The position numbers were made by a program, and so were the translations under genes. 64,000 nucleotides of DNA. It comes from Isurus oxyrinchus. Taxonomy: Eukaryota. This document shows, piece by piece, positions 25,441 through 37,465 of this stretch. Numbering within the stretch: position 1 is the stretch's first letter; every line of letters starts with the position of its first letter. The notes beneath the pieces were generated by a model. That model ran no database searches, was not told the DNA's origin, and saw only the letters and a list, made by a program, of their open reading frames with translations. The DNA lies in the NCBI GenBank assembly GCA_026770705.1, contig JANJGN010000007.1, forward strand, positions 96,968,001-97,032,000, written 5' to 3'.

Positions 25441-25699
25441 TTTGCATGTTCAGCATTGAATTTCTGCTTTCATGTTCAACTGGCGTCCTTACGCTGGAGG
25501 TGATGAGATGATGGAGAGACATTTAAGGGTTAATTTCTATCGAAACTCCACCGTTTTCTCTAATTTATTGATTAACCAGAAGTTGCTTATTGTGTTGGGA
25601 GAAGTGTAGATTTACGTCAGATTTAGAACAGGCATTATGCAGTCTATCAGTAAATTCGATATAAAAATTGACCTGTTTTTTTATTAGAAAATTCATTCA

Positions 25700-28050
25700 T
25701 GCAACAAAATAAACTGGCCACCTTCAGTGATATTTTAGCTGCACTGGAGTTCTGCTTTGGACTGCACTAAAGTGCGTAACTTCGGGTTTGGTGAGTGAGG
25801 GAGTTCAGTGAAGTGGAATGGTAGAAGACCTTTTACTTTTTGCCATTCATCAGCTGACTGATAATTTGCTACTGGAGAAGGCCATAAAGCAGTGGGAAAA
25901 CGAGGAGACAGAGAGAGTAGATAGTTCACAGATTAAATCTGAAAGTGACACTACAAGAGGTCTGTAAATTAGTTTTATGGTAAGCCTATGGCTTTCTGGA
26001 CTTGGTACAAAGGAGATGATTGTTGAGTGAGAGGTGAGTTACTATATCATAACTTTCTGCAGTAATCAATTTATATAAAGTTTAAGGTATGTTAGTACAT
26101 CTCGGCCGAGTGGAACGTGCATCCTGCTGGCTATGGGTCATCATGCAGGCAAAAAGTGCCCTAAATACAGAAAACTGAAGTGAGTATCACCAGTTGCAGA
26201 AACATAAGCTCCAGGTAGGAGAACTAAAGTGGTGGCTGGAGTACTGTGGTATATCCACAAGGTTGAGGATCACGTGGATAGCAGGATTAGATAGATAGCG
26301 ACATCACAGCTAAGCAGCATAGAGGAAATGGGTGACAATCTGAGTATTTAAGAGAAGCAGGAAGGTAGTGCAGGAATCACCTAAGTCTATCATTTCTCTA
26401 AACTCTTTTCCCTTTTGGATACTGTTAAGCGCGATGGTACATGTGAAGGCTGCAGCAAGAGTTAAGTTTCTGCAACACGGATAGCTCAGCTGCACATTAG
26501 GGGAGAAGGGATATTGGAAGTACTGCACTGGCAGGGGATTATATATTAATGGGAGCAGACAGGTGTTTCTGGGCCTGTTGACCTGACTCAAGGATGACAT
26601 CTTGCCTCCCTGGTTCCAGGTTCCAGGATATCACAGAGAGGCTCCAGGGATTTCCTTTGAGGAGGGTGAAAATCCAGTGGTCGTGGTCCACATTGTGACA
26701 CATTACATAGGTATATAAGGGATGAGGTCCTCAAAGCACATTTTAAGGAGGTAGAATGTGAATTACAATGCAGGATCTAAAAAGCAGTAACAATAGCTTT
26801 TGTCCTCGTGATATATGCGAGTGGGCATATGAATAGGACAATTCATATGTTCAACACATTGCTGGAGAAATGGAATAGGAGGTAGGGTTTTGGAGTTCTC
26901 AGACTTTGTGGCGGTCCTGGAGCAGATGGGGTATGTACAAGAAGGGGGGATTACACTTTACAAGGATTGGGAATAATGTTTTAATGGCAGATTTGTTCCT
27001 GCTGTTGGGAGGTTCTAAATAGATTGGCAGGGGAATTGGAACCTAATATATAACCGAATAAATTAAGGGTAGAGAAGAGAATAATTGGCAGTAGGAAGTA
27101 GAGGTGTGTTAGCTGATAAGGGTTATATGACAGAGAGCAGTATCAATGGAAATATAATATGTGGGGTGTCTAATAGAATTAGAGAAGGCTATTTTGAGCC
27201 ATTAGATGGAGTTACAGTAAGAGGGAAAATAACAATAAGGACTAAATCAGGTTTAATATGCATTTATGTGAATGTACGAGGTGTGGATAATAATGTTGAT
27301 GAACTACAGGCACAGGGTAACAAATGGGTTAATGATGTCGTTGCTGTAAAAGAGACCTGACACAACAAAAGGCAGAAAGAGCAGTTAATTTTTCCTGAGT
27401 ACATGATATTTAGGAGAAACAGGAAAGGATGAAAAATGAAGAGGTAGTGGCAGCATTCGTAAAAATGACATTACATCACTCGAGAGAATGGATGTTCCAG
27501 AGGTGCCAAGGGTGGAATATATCTGGCCTGAAGTAAGGGCTGGAAACGGTGCCAAAACATGTATTGGTGTAGCAGATAGAGCACCCATTAGTGGAACGGG
27601 TGTAGTGAAACAAATCCGCACATAAATTAGAGATAAGTAAAGCTTAATTATAATGAGGGAATACAAATATCCAAATATCAACTAGGATAGGAATAGGAAA
27701 AAGCGACAAGAAGGCATGAGTTCCTGTAATGTTTTCATTATTATTTTCTGTAGCAATATTTTTCTGGTCCAACGAGAGGGCAGGCACTGTTGGATATGGT
27801 TCTGGGGAATGATCTTGCCCAAGTGGGACAGATATCGGTGGGAGAGCACTTAGAAGGTTTCGTTGGTGATGGAAAATGAAAAAGAACAAGACAGAAGAGG
27901 GACAAGGAATTGGGGAAAAAGCAACTTCGATGGGTTGAGAATCCATCTGAGAATTGCAAGCTATTAGCAAGTGTTGACAGAAAGGGTATTGGCTGAAGAA
28001 TGGGTCATCTTCAAAAAAATGTTGCAGGCAATAGTTTTGGTTTAGTTTAC
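25700..28050 (+). mobile_element. CR1 LINE 5' portion: 5' UTR, ORF1 (SGNH/esterase-like) and ORF2 endonuclease
   Basis: AGDYILMGADRCF..PDSRMTSCLPGSRFQDITERLQG..PVVVVHI (CR1 ORF1 esterase) and CIYVNVRGVDNNVDELQAQ..DVVAVKET (endonuclease). Confidence 0.85.
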
Positions 28051-28272
28051 ACAAACTAAAGATATATCAATAGATTAACATAATATTATATTATTCTGTT
28101 TAAACTATAACCAATTGAGGATTTCCGTACACAAGTATGCCATGTGACTCTGCTTAGCTTCACGATAGAGAAGTGCACCACGGGACTTTGGATAGAATAA
28201 ATGTATCAGACTACTAAACTAATTAAAGGAAATTTGGTAACCCCTACCCTGTTGCACTTATCCCTAACACAG

Positions 28273-28601
28273 AGGCACATTGCGAGAGCATGCAGCCTTA
28301 AGGTTGATTGGGCTTGATCTTAATGTGCCGTTATCACCAAAGGAAAGTTAGATGTGAGTTACTGTATGGAATGGAAATAATATTAACATCAAATGTGCTC
28401 AACATTAAAATAGTTTTTGTTTTCTGCGTTTTAGATGAGAGTAATTGTTTTAGCTGAATGCAATCTTTGCATTGTAGTTAACTATTTTAAAAAATGTAAG
28501 AAAAGCTTTGCAACTGCATAATCCTTTTAGACTTTTATCACTGAAGACATGCTATTAACTGAACGTACAAAAACACAGTGCTACCTCACATTTAAAACAC
28601 C
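28273..28601 (+). pseudogene. Tentative decayed antigen-receptor V segment with 12-spacer RSS
   Basis: Acceptor cctaacacag| at 28272. Cys (28324), Trp (28372) and ED (28543) lie in one frame with several stops between them. CACAGTG at 28574-28580, a 12-nt spacer, then TAAAACACC (6/9 match to the nonamer). Highly degenerate. Confidence 0.3.
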
Positions 28602-28829
28602 GATTATTTATATGCACATGTATTTGATACACAGTCTTATGTACTACCTACTTTGAAATCTTTTGTATTAATATTATGTAATCATCTTTATTAGGTTTGC
28701 ACAATTTTAATGTTATAAGCAACTGTACCACTTTATCATTTGTTTGAAAAGCAAAGTAAGTCATACCAAGGATGAACAACCAAAGATAGAAAAACACCAC
28801 TTAGCAAATGGCCTCTAAAATCAGTCATT

Positions 28830-31351
28830 GATGGGGCTTCCATTTAATGTGTAATTTGATTCTTTTAGCCAAATATGAGATGAAGAGCTCTCGGCATCAT
28901 TCATGAGGGCAAGACAGTACATTTTGCCTATCCTGAACAAATGGGCGAGGAAGATAGGATAGAACAGTTGTGCAATGTCTACAAGATGGCTTTTTGGAGC
29001 AGCTTGTTGAGTAACCCACAAGAGAAAAGGTAATTCGACCTTTAGTGATGTGTAATGAGGCAGATTTGATAAGGGAGTTTCAGGTGGAGGAACCTTTGGA
29101 GGAAGGGACCATAATATGCTAGAATTTACCCTGCATTTTGAGAGGAAAAAGCTGGAATCAGATGTAACAGTATTACAGTTGCATAAAGGCAACTACAGAG
29201 GCATGAGGGAGGAGCTGGCCAGAATTTCCAGGGAGATGAGCCTAGCAGGAAAGACAGTGGGACAGCAAACGTAAGAGTTTCTGGGAATAATTTTTGAGAC
29301 ACAGCAAAAAGTTCATCCCTAGGAGGAAGAAAAAAACTAAAGGGAAGACGAGGCAGCCATGGCTGACAAAGGAATTCAGGGACAGCATAAACGCTAAAGA
29401 GAAAGCATACAATGTGGTGAAGAGCAGCGAGAAACCAGCGGTTTGGGTAGACTATAAAGACGAATAAAGAAGAAATAAGGAGGAAGAAGATTAAATATGA
29501 GGGTAAGCTTACCAGTATTATAAAAAAAATTGCAAGAGTTTTTCAAGATATATAAAGCGTAAGGGAGAGAGGCAAACGTGGACATTGGGCTGCTGGAAAA
29601 TGACGTTGGAGAAGTAGTAGTGGGGAGCAAAGAAATTGTGGAGGAATTGAATAGGTACTTTGCGTCAGTCTTCACAGTGGAAGACACGAGTACCATCCCC
29701 AAAGTTCAACAGAGTCGGATTCAGAGGTGAATATGGTGGCCATTATCGAGGAGAAGGTACTAGGAAAGCGGAAATGTCTGAACGTGTCTAAATCACCTGC
29801 ACCAGAGGAATTACAACCCAGAGCTCTGAAGGAGATAGCTGAAGAGATAGTGGAGGCATTAGTGGTGATCTTTCATGAATCACTACAGTCAGGGAGGGTC
29901 CCAGAGGACTGGAAAATCGCTAATGTTACCCCCCTGTTTAAGAATGGAGTGAAGGAAAAGACGGGAAATTCCACTCTGATTAGTCTGAACTTGGTCGTTG
30001 GTAAGATTTTAGAGTCCATAATTAAGGATGAGATTTCATAATACTTGCAAGTGCATAGTAAAATAGGCAAAGACAGCATGGTTTCATCAAGGGGTGGTCA
30101 TGCCTGCAAAACCTGTTAGAATTGTTTGAGGAGGCAGCGAATATGTTAGACATGGAGAGCCAATGGATGTTAACTACTTGGACTTCCAGAAGATCTTTGC
30201 AAGGTGCCAGACAGGAGGCTGCTCAGTAAGATAAGTGTCCATGGTGTTAGCGGCAAGGTACGAGCATTGACAGAAGAATGGCTGTCTAGCAGAGAGTGGG
30301 GATAATGGGGTCCTTCTCAGGATGGTGGCTGGTGACTAGTGAAGTTCCGCAGTGGTCAGTTTTGGGACCACAACTTTTGACGCTATATATTAATGATCTA
30401 GAGGAAGTAACTGAGGGCATTCTGGCAAAGTTTGCAGATGATACAAAGATAGCTGGAGGACAGGTAGTATTGATGAGGCAAGGAGGTTGCAGAATAATTT
30501 AGACAGGCTAGGAGAATGGACAAAAATGTGGCGGATGGAATACACCTTGGGGAACTGTGAAGTCATGCATTTTGGTTGGGAGAATAGAGGCATAGACGAA
30601 TTTCTAAATGGGGAGATAATTCAGAAATCTGGAGTCCAAAGGGACTTGGGAGTCCTAGTGAAGGATTCTGTTAAGGTGAACTTGTAGGTTGAGTCAGGAG
30701 TTAGGAAGGCAAATGCAATTTTGACATTTATTTTGAGAGGACTAGAATATAAAAGCACGGATGTGCCGCTGAGGATTTATACAGCTCTGGCCAGACCGCA
30801 CTTAGAATATTGTGATCAGTTTTGGGCCCTGTATCTCAGGAAGGATGTTCTGGCCCTGGAGGGAGTCCAGAGGAGGTTCACGAGAATGATCCCAGGAATA
30901 AAAGGCTTAATATATGAGGAACATTTGAGGACTCTGCGTATATAATCGATGGAGTTTAGAAGGATGAAGGGGGACCTGATTGAAACTTACAGAATGCTGA
31001 GAGGTCTGCATAGACTGGACGTAGGGCAGTTATTTCCAAGAGTAGGAGAGACTGTGACCCGAGGGCACAGCCTCAGAGTAAAGGGAAGACCTGTTTGAAC
31101 AGAAATTAGGAGAAAATCTTTAGCCAGAGAGTGGGGAATCTATAGAATTCTTTGCCGCAGAAGGTAGCGGAGGCCAGGTCATTGAGCGTATTAAAGACGG
31201 AGATAGATAGGTTCTTGATTGGTTAGGGGATCAAAGGTTACGGCGAGAAGGCGGGAGAATGGATTTGAGAAACTTATAAGCCTTGATTGAATGGCGGAGC
31301 AGATCCGATGGGCCAAATGGCCTAATATTTGCTCCTATGTCTTATGGTCTT
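28830..31351 (+). mobile_element. CR1 LINE ORF2 (RT) and 3' UTR, least decayed copy in the window
   Basis: KSPAPEELQPRALKE..VPEDWKIANVTPLFK, TSEVPQWSVLGPQLLTLYINDL..KFADDTK and YTALARPHLEYCDQFW; 3' end CCTATGTCTTATGGTCTT. Confidence 0.95.
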
Positions 31352-31979
31352 GTCGTCTAACATCCTTTTATCTCAGCATGAATTCTCGAAAGTAACAGAA
31401 GCAAACGATAACGAGGAGGATCATCCTATAAGTTATTGACATTTTAACGAACCTTTGAATGGATAGGTGGAGGTGACGCCCGTCCATGATCATCAACCTT
31501 GAGGGCCAATCACAGATTGGTCACGCACCCCATCGGACAATTAGAAAGAAGCCTCGCCTAGTTTTGACCAATCATACTGTAGTAACATCATTGAGCAAGC
31601 TGTGTGTTTTTGCTTGAAAGTAGTTAATAAGTAGCAGCTTTCACTGACCAAAGCACGCACCAAGTATGAAGCTGAAATTTGCTGAGCCTGCTGACCGGAG
31701 GGAAGCCGAAAACGGGGAGACAACAGAGAGTGACGTTGCCTCTCGTCCTACGCGGAACCGGGAAGCAAGGTGCGTAGTGCGCCCGTCAATTCACTGCCTT
31801 GCTTTAAGTATTAATTTATAACTTGCGTAAAGTTCCCTGCGTTTCTTCACCAGATTGTCTCCTGTTGCCTGAAAGGTTAAGTGTCATTTGAGAAGATTTG
31901 GTAGTTATGTTCGAGAAGGACCTAAAACTTATAATAGTAGGGGCAATAAATCCAACTTGCCTAGGTGACGAGAGAGATA

Positions 31980-33960
31980 GAGGTGAAGTTAAATGGAAGA
32001 ACGCGCGCACGACAGATGTCAGGTAGAAAATGCATTGGAGAATAATGCTGAATGTCGAAGGGCCAGCGGGGACGTGAAAAAAAATCTGATTTTAAAAGCA
32101 AATAAATTGTAACAGCAAGAAAAGCAAGCATGAAAAGTGGCTGCCAGAGAACTTGGCCAGAAAAAAAACGAGGCCGATGTCTTCTATAGGATTATTACTA
32201 ATACAAGGGTGATAAATGAGACAGTTGGGCCGAATGCGAATAAAAAAAGTGTTCTTGCACGTTGAGGCAAGAAAAAAAAAACAGGCGGTATTAACCGTTT
32301 AATTTACAGCTGACTATACAAAGGAAGCAGATTGTACCCAGGCTGAGGTGAGCGAGGAGATTACATGTAGAGTTAAAAGATTTACATTTGAAAAGGCAAA
32401 GGCATTATAAAGGCTACACTTAATTTAAAAAGTCACGATGCCACTTTCGGATCAAATGCATGCAAGGGTAATGAGGGAAATGAGAGTTGAAATTGCAGAG
32501 GCACTATGGTTAAAATTCCAGTATTCGTTAGGCCAAGGGTTACTGCCAGCGGACTGAAAAATTGTGAATATTACGCACATGTTCAAAAGGGTGTGCAAGG
32601 ACAAATCTGGCAACTATAGGCCAGTCAGTTTTATGCCAGTATTAGTGAAAATTCCGAAAAGTTTAGTTGGGAATAAAATCAATAACCGCATAGAAATCTG
32701 CAGGGTAATTAGTGAAAACCGGATTGGATTAATTAAGAGAATATCGCGTCTTTTTTCCCTAATAGAGATGTCTGAGGAGGTAACAAAGAAGGTTGCTAAG
32801 GGCAACGCTGTATACGTGGTACAAAACGGCGTTCAAAATACATTTGATACATTGCCACATGACAGGCTTGAGAGCGAAAATCTAGCTCATGGAATAAGCT
32901 AGAAAGTAGGCAGTTAGATAATGAACTTTCTGAGTGAGTGGAAAGGCAGAATAGTGATAAATGGATTGCTTCTTTTCAGAATTGACAAAGGTCTGCAGTG
33001 GAGTTCCGCAGATGCATGTTTTGGGATCCTTGCTCGTCATAAAATATATCAATGAATTACACTGTAGGATTCATGGCATGATTTCAAAATTTGCATATGA
33101 TCGAAGAATGGAAATGTTGTCAACCATAATAAGTCTGGTCATGATCTTCAACGGGACAGGGGCGTGTCGGTGGATTGGGCAGAGAAGTGTCAAATGAATT
33201 TCAATACACAGAAGTGTGAGATGATTCATGTTGGCACGAATACTATGGAGAAACTCTCTTGAATAAAGGGAGAAACTCCAAAGGAGGTGCAGAGTCACCT
33301 CGGCATCTTCAGAAGCCAGTTAACAATGCACAAAGTAACTTATGATTTATTAATAGGGGCGTTGAGTACCAGAGTATGGGGGTCATGCTGAACTTCTATA
33401 AGACACTAGTTATGGATCATTTGGGGTACTGAGTTGAGTCCAATGCGCTATACTTGAGGAGGGATGTGAAGGCTTTGGTAGAATGCAGATGAAGGGCACA
33501 AGAATGATTCCTGGGGTAAAGATTTGCAGCTATGGGAAAAGATTGGAGAGATTGGGACAGTTTCATTTGGGGAAAAAAAGCCTGAGAAATCGTTTGATAA
33601 TAGTATTCAAGCCTATGAGTGGGATGGATACGGCAATGAATGAGAAGCTGTTCACTCTCAAGGGGGCATAAAGAACTAGAGGTCACAGCATCAGAATAAT
33701 TGTCACATGGAGAAAAAGTGAGGTGAGGTAAAGTCACCCAGAAGGTGGTTGGAGCCAGGGCGATGTAACTCAGAGGATGGTAGAGGCAAGTTCGATCGTG
33801 GATTTCAAAAATAAATTTTATTGTGACCTGAACGGAGTGAATCTGCATGGCTGCGGTGATAAAGCAGGGGACATTGACAGTGCGGAATGCTCTTTCACAG
33901 GGACAGTGAGGATTTGATCCGGGGAATTATCTCATTCTGCACAGAAAATATTATTTGACC
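31980..33960 (+). mobile_element. Decayed CR1 LINE ORF2 and 3' UTR
   Basis: GNYRPVSFMPVLVKI and CSGVPQMHVLGSLLVIKYINEL..SKFAYD. Confidence 0.85.
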
Positions 33961-34599
33961 GTGGGACATTAAATTTTGGTGCGGCACAATATCGAATGCA
34001 TTTTCGAAATCCAGATATGCAACATTTAATGGCCTCCCGTTATCTGCCATATTTCATACATCCCCAAGTAACCAACACATTTCTGAACCATTATTTCCCT
34101 TTTCCGAAACCATTTTGACTTTTCCTGATTGCTTTCTGATTTTCAAAATATCCTGCTGCTGCTTTGTTAATACTGGATTCCAGTATTTTCTCCATGGCAG
34201 ATTTTAAGCGAACTGGCCTATTGCGTCTTGTTTTCTGCTTTCTTCCTTGAATCATAGTGTCATATTTGCTGAGAGTTCCATTAAGCTGTAGGTAAATAGG
34301 CAGAGTCCATTCAATACTATCATCCCAGGAGTCAGTCGAATGTCAACTCACAATAACAATCACCGCGGCATAACAGCGTGATGTGACACCTGAAATCAGA
34401 CACAGTACATTCCTGTGCCTTGGAGCTTTTGATCAAATTATCTATTGTCTGGAAGTGATCCTCCTGCTCCGCACAACTGTGGCCACGTTACAATGGACTG
34501 ATCTTATGATGCATTCACAGCTACTGCTTCTTAGGATCAAGCAGGAGACATGACGGACGCACAGCTGCCGCAATTGACTGGGGAATTTGAACTTCCCAC

Positions 34600-35170
34600 C
34601 GGCTGATTTATGCTGGCAAAGCCCATCTACAAATATTTATTGCACTGGGCACAGAGTCTGGGTCCTGGGCAAGATGTGCACAATTTACCCTGCTCCTCAA
34701 CAGAGTTTAACAGCGCAACCATTTCGGATCTACAAACGATCTCCAACTCATCCCCATTATCGGACAGCAGACACGAGAACCTACTCGTATTTTTCAGCAT
34801 TGAAATTCCGTTGTCTCGAGAAATTGATGGATGTAAACTGAATAGCTTTAACCATTCCATGAGGTGCCTGTCCCGAGATTCGCTGCAGACATTGAATGAG
34901 GCTGGTTGATTCACATTGTGAGCTATTGTCAGAATGAGCGGAACTATCAGATTCCAATCTTACATGCCGTCAATCCTCGCCTGTGGCCCTGCAAAGCGTG
35001 GAAAAGTAGTTTTAATATTAGTACTTGTCTGTATCCGAACACCAAAAATATAGAAGTTGGACGGCAAGCCATTTTCTGACAGTGCAAAAGCCCGCTACGG
35101 ATTTTCTTGGACAATCCAGCGGTAAACTGCAGACGAAATTTGGGACACAATATTCTGTTCTCATGCTGGC
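34600..35170 (-). mobile_element. Probable Penelope-like element C-terminal (GIY-YIG region) remnant
   Basis: Minus-strand VSQISSAVYRW..NP*RAFA..LPS and EIVCRSEMVALLNSVE..PRLCAQ resemble the PLE C-terminus (..LEA.I...P.LC.QK). Degenerate. Confidence 0.45.
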
Positions 35171-36779
35171 TGATATATAGGCGGGGCGCTATGGTTTGGA
35201 TTTTGGTGACCGCAAAACTCTTTGGATGACCTCTCCACTGTGCTTCCTCCTGCCTCGTGCTCGACACAATTTTAGCGTGAGGAGGGCGAGGGCGAGGTCA
35301 AATGCCTCCACCCCTCTCGCCAACCGTACCCGTGTCCCAAATGAGGCTCATAGTTGACCTGTTAATAATCGCTAATGAGAGCTTCCCGCATATGCTAAAT
35401 TTTCATTCTGGCGGGGGGAGATCAGGAGGGGAAGCCCAGAAAGTGACCCTGCTCAGGTATTGGGCAGAAGCGAGATGGTGGTTGGCGGTGCTCTTTCAAC
35501 ATCGAGCACCCCCTTCCACAAATATATCTGCTCTCTGCAGATGCACTCGCTCGAAGCTCCCACGTGAACCGGCACTGCCCGGCCTCATTACCTTCCTTGC
35601 CCTGGTGGCCCAAAATGTACCTAGTCATTGACTCCCAGGAGTAACTCTAGAGGTTGCTTGCAGTCACAGCTTTGTCCACTGTATCTTCTGAAGCTGTTAG
35701 GACTAGAGAACAGCACTCTAATCACATTTGCATGAAGATCTCTGAGGCTCACCTGCCTTAAATTACCTGTGAAATTTCCATCCCAAGACAATGAACACCC
35801 GTTGGAGTTTTAAATGGCTGCATGGAAGCCAGTGCCTGCGAAGTGTTCCCCATCGGCTCCTCACAAGGCCTCCATCCGAAAATTCATAGACCTAGATTCG
35901 CTATCTATGGCGATGCCATCTCCATCTCCGGGCAGAGACACATAACCCGATATCTGCTGAAGTCCTGGGACGCCATGTCACAGCATTTACTTCCTGCAGG
36001 TCGCGAATTCCCCATGGCAATAGGAAGTGTGATGATGTAATCCACCGTTTGCCCATTCTCGTGATTCTCCGTCCACCTTTTTGGAAATGCCCCTGCTGTA
36101 AACCATATATCTCCGACTCAAGAAACAAGTTCCCTGAACAACCACTCAATGTCCTAAACATTATATTTCATTCCGACTTGCTCCAGTTAGGAATTATAGC
36201 AGAGTTAACTCGAAATCAATTCCCAATGTCACCGACAGGGAAGATACAATAAAAGAGGTTCCATAGAGAATATTGGTGAAAACATTTGCTCAGTCTTAGC
36301 AGCATTGTTCTTGTTCTCTATGTCCATATTAATAAAGCAGGAGATACTGCCTTCTTTTGAGCCTCGCTCTGATCCTTTCTACCACCATCGTCAGTGCCTT
36401 ATGCACATACACACCCTTGCTCCACTGCCCTTACACCACATTCAGAATTTTACCATTTTTAATATTTCCTTTTGCTTTCCTTCCACTAAAATTAATAATG
36501 TTACACTTACCGGCGTTAAATGTCTGCTGCTACTTTTCTCCCCGTTTTGTTTCCAACTATTAATTACTTTTTTCAAGATCTACACAATCCTACTCACAGT
36601 TAACAATAATTCCACATTTTGAGTTAGCTGCAAACGTTTCATTGTATCATGTTAACCAATTACTTGTAGTGCTTGGAGATGGGCGTCTTGTTTACCCACT
36701 GAATGGAAAAAGCTATTTCCTTTGTGTGTGTGTCCTTCCTTGGTTTTATATTTAATTTGATCTCAACTGGAGGAGCGTG

Positions 36780-37100
36780 TGTTCTTTTTCCCCAATTAAC
36801 ACAGCGTATGCCGGTTCCTATCAGTATCCTTACACGTTCTATCTCTCATGGGCACATCTTTAGTGTTTGCACCAGAGATTGCCACATCACGTCTAACCTT
36901 GGAAACTCTTCCCGGTCTCTCATAGACAGAAATCCTAAATGTTCCCTGGATCCTGCCTTGCACAATTGTGGAATTTGACCTAGACGTCTGATCTGTCTGA
37001 GCGATATTTTCACTGGAGCATTCCAACTGTACAGCATATCCTTCAGTCACACCTACAAAATCATAATTTTTCTGCCATTGGATATTTGGTGTTGTCCTTT
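36780..37100 (-). mobile_element. Possible LTR-retroelement gag-protease remnant
   Basis: Minus-strand ERVRILIGTGIRCV at ~36800-36840 resembles the retropepsin LxDTG motif with D changed to G. Nothing else confirms it. Confidence 0.25.
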
Positions 37101-37344
37101 TATCACCCTTTTTCTTAAAACCATGACGCCACTTGGCATATTCTCGAAGTTCTAATTTTAATCAGATTAGTTTCTGTCCTGTTAGTATGGGACAGAGATT
37201 TAGGGAAATTGATCTTGTCGTCTTTTCACGTTCTACACTACACATACATAATTCTATCTGTCAACTTTACATTGTAAATATACAATCGTCTTTGCGTCCA
37301 TTCTCTTTAATAGCTTTCCCAAACAAGTTATAGCATACATCATT

Positions 37345-37465
37345 AAAAGAGAGAATGCTTGAGGAACACAGCAAGTCTGGCTGCATCTGTGAATGGAGAA
37401 GCATTTTCTTGGAGTCCAATATGACGCTTCTTCTTCCAGCATCCATAGTTTTTTTTTTGCTTGTA
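37345..37465 (+). repeat. Short Penelope-pLTR-type repeat related to 25121-25345
   Basis: AATGCTTGAGGAACACAGCAAGTCTGGCTGCATCTGTG...TTCCAGCATCCATAGTTTTT. Confidence 0.55.

Noticed and set aside
34920-35050. Plus-strand AIVRMSGTIRFQSYMPS..PAKRG resembling piggyBac transposase
   Set aside because: No flanking piggyBac motifs, TIRs or TTAA ends were seen; the minus strand fits a Penelope C-terminus over a longer span.
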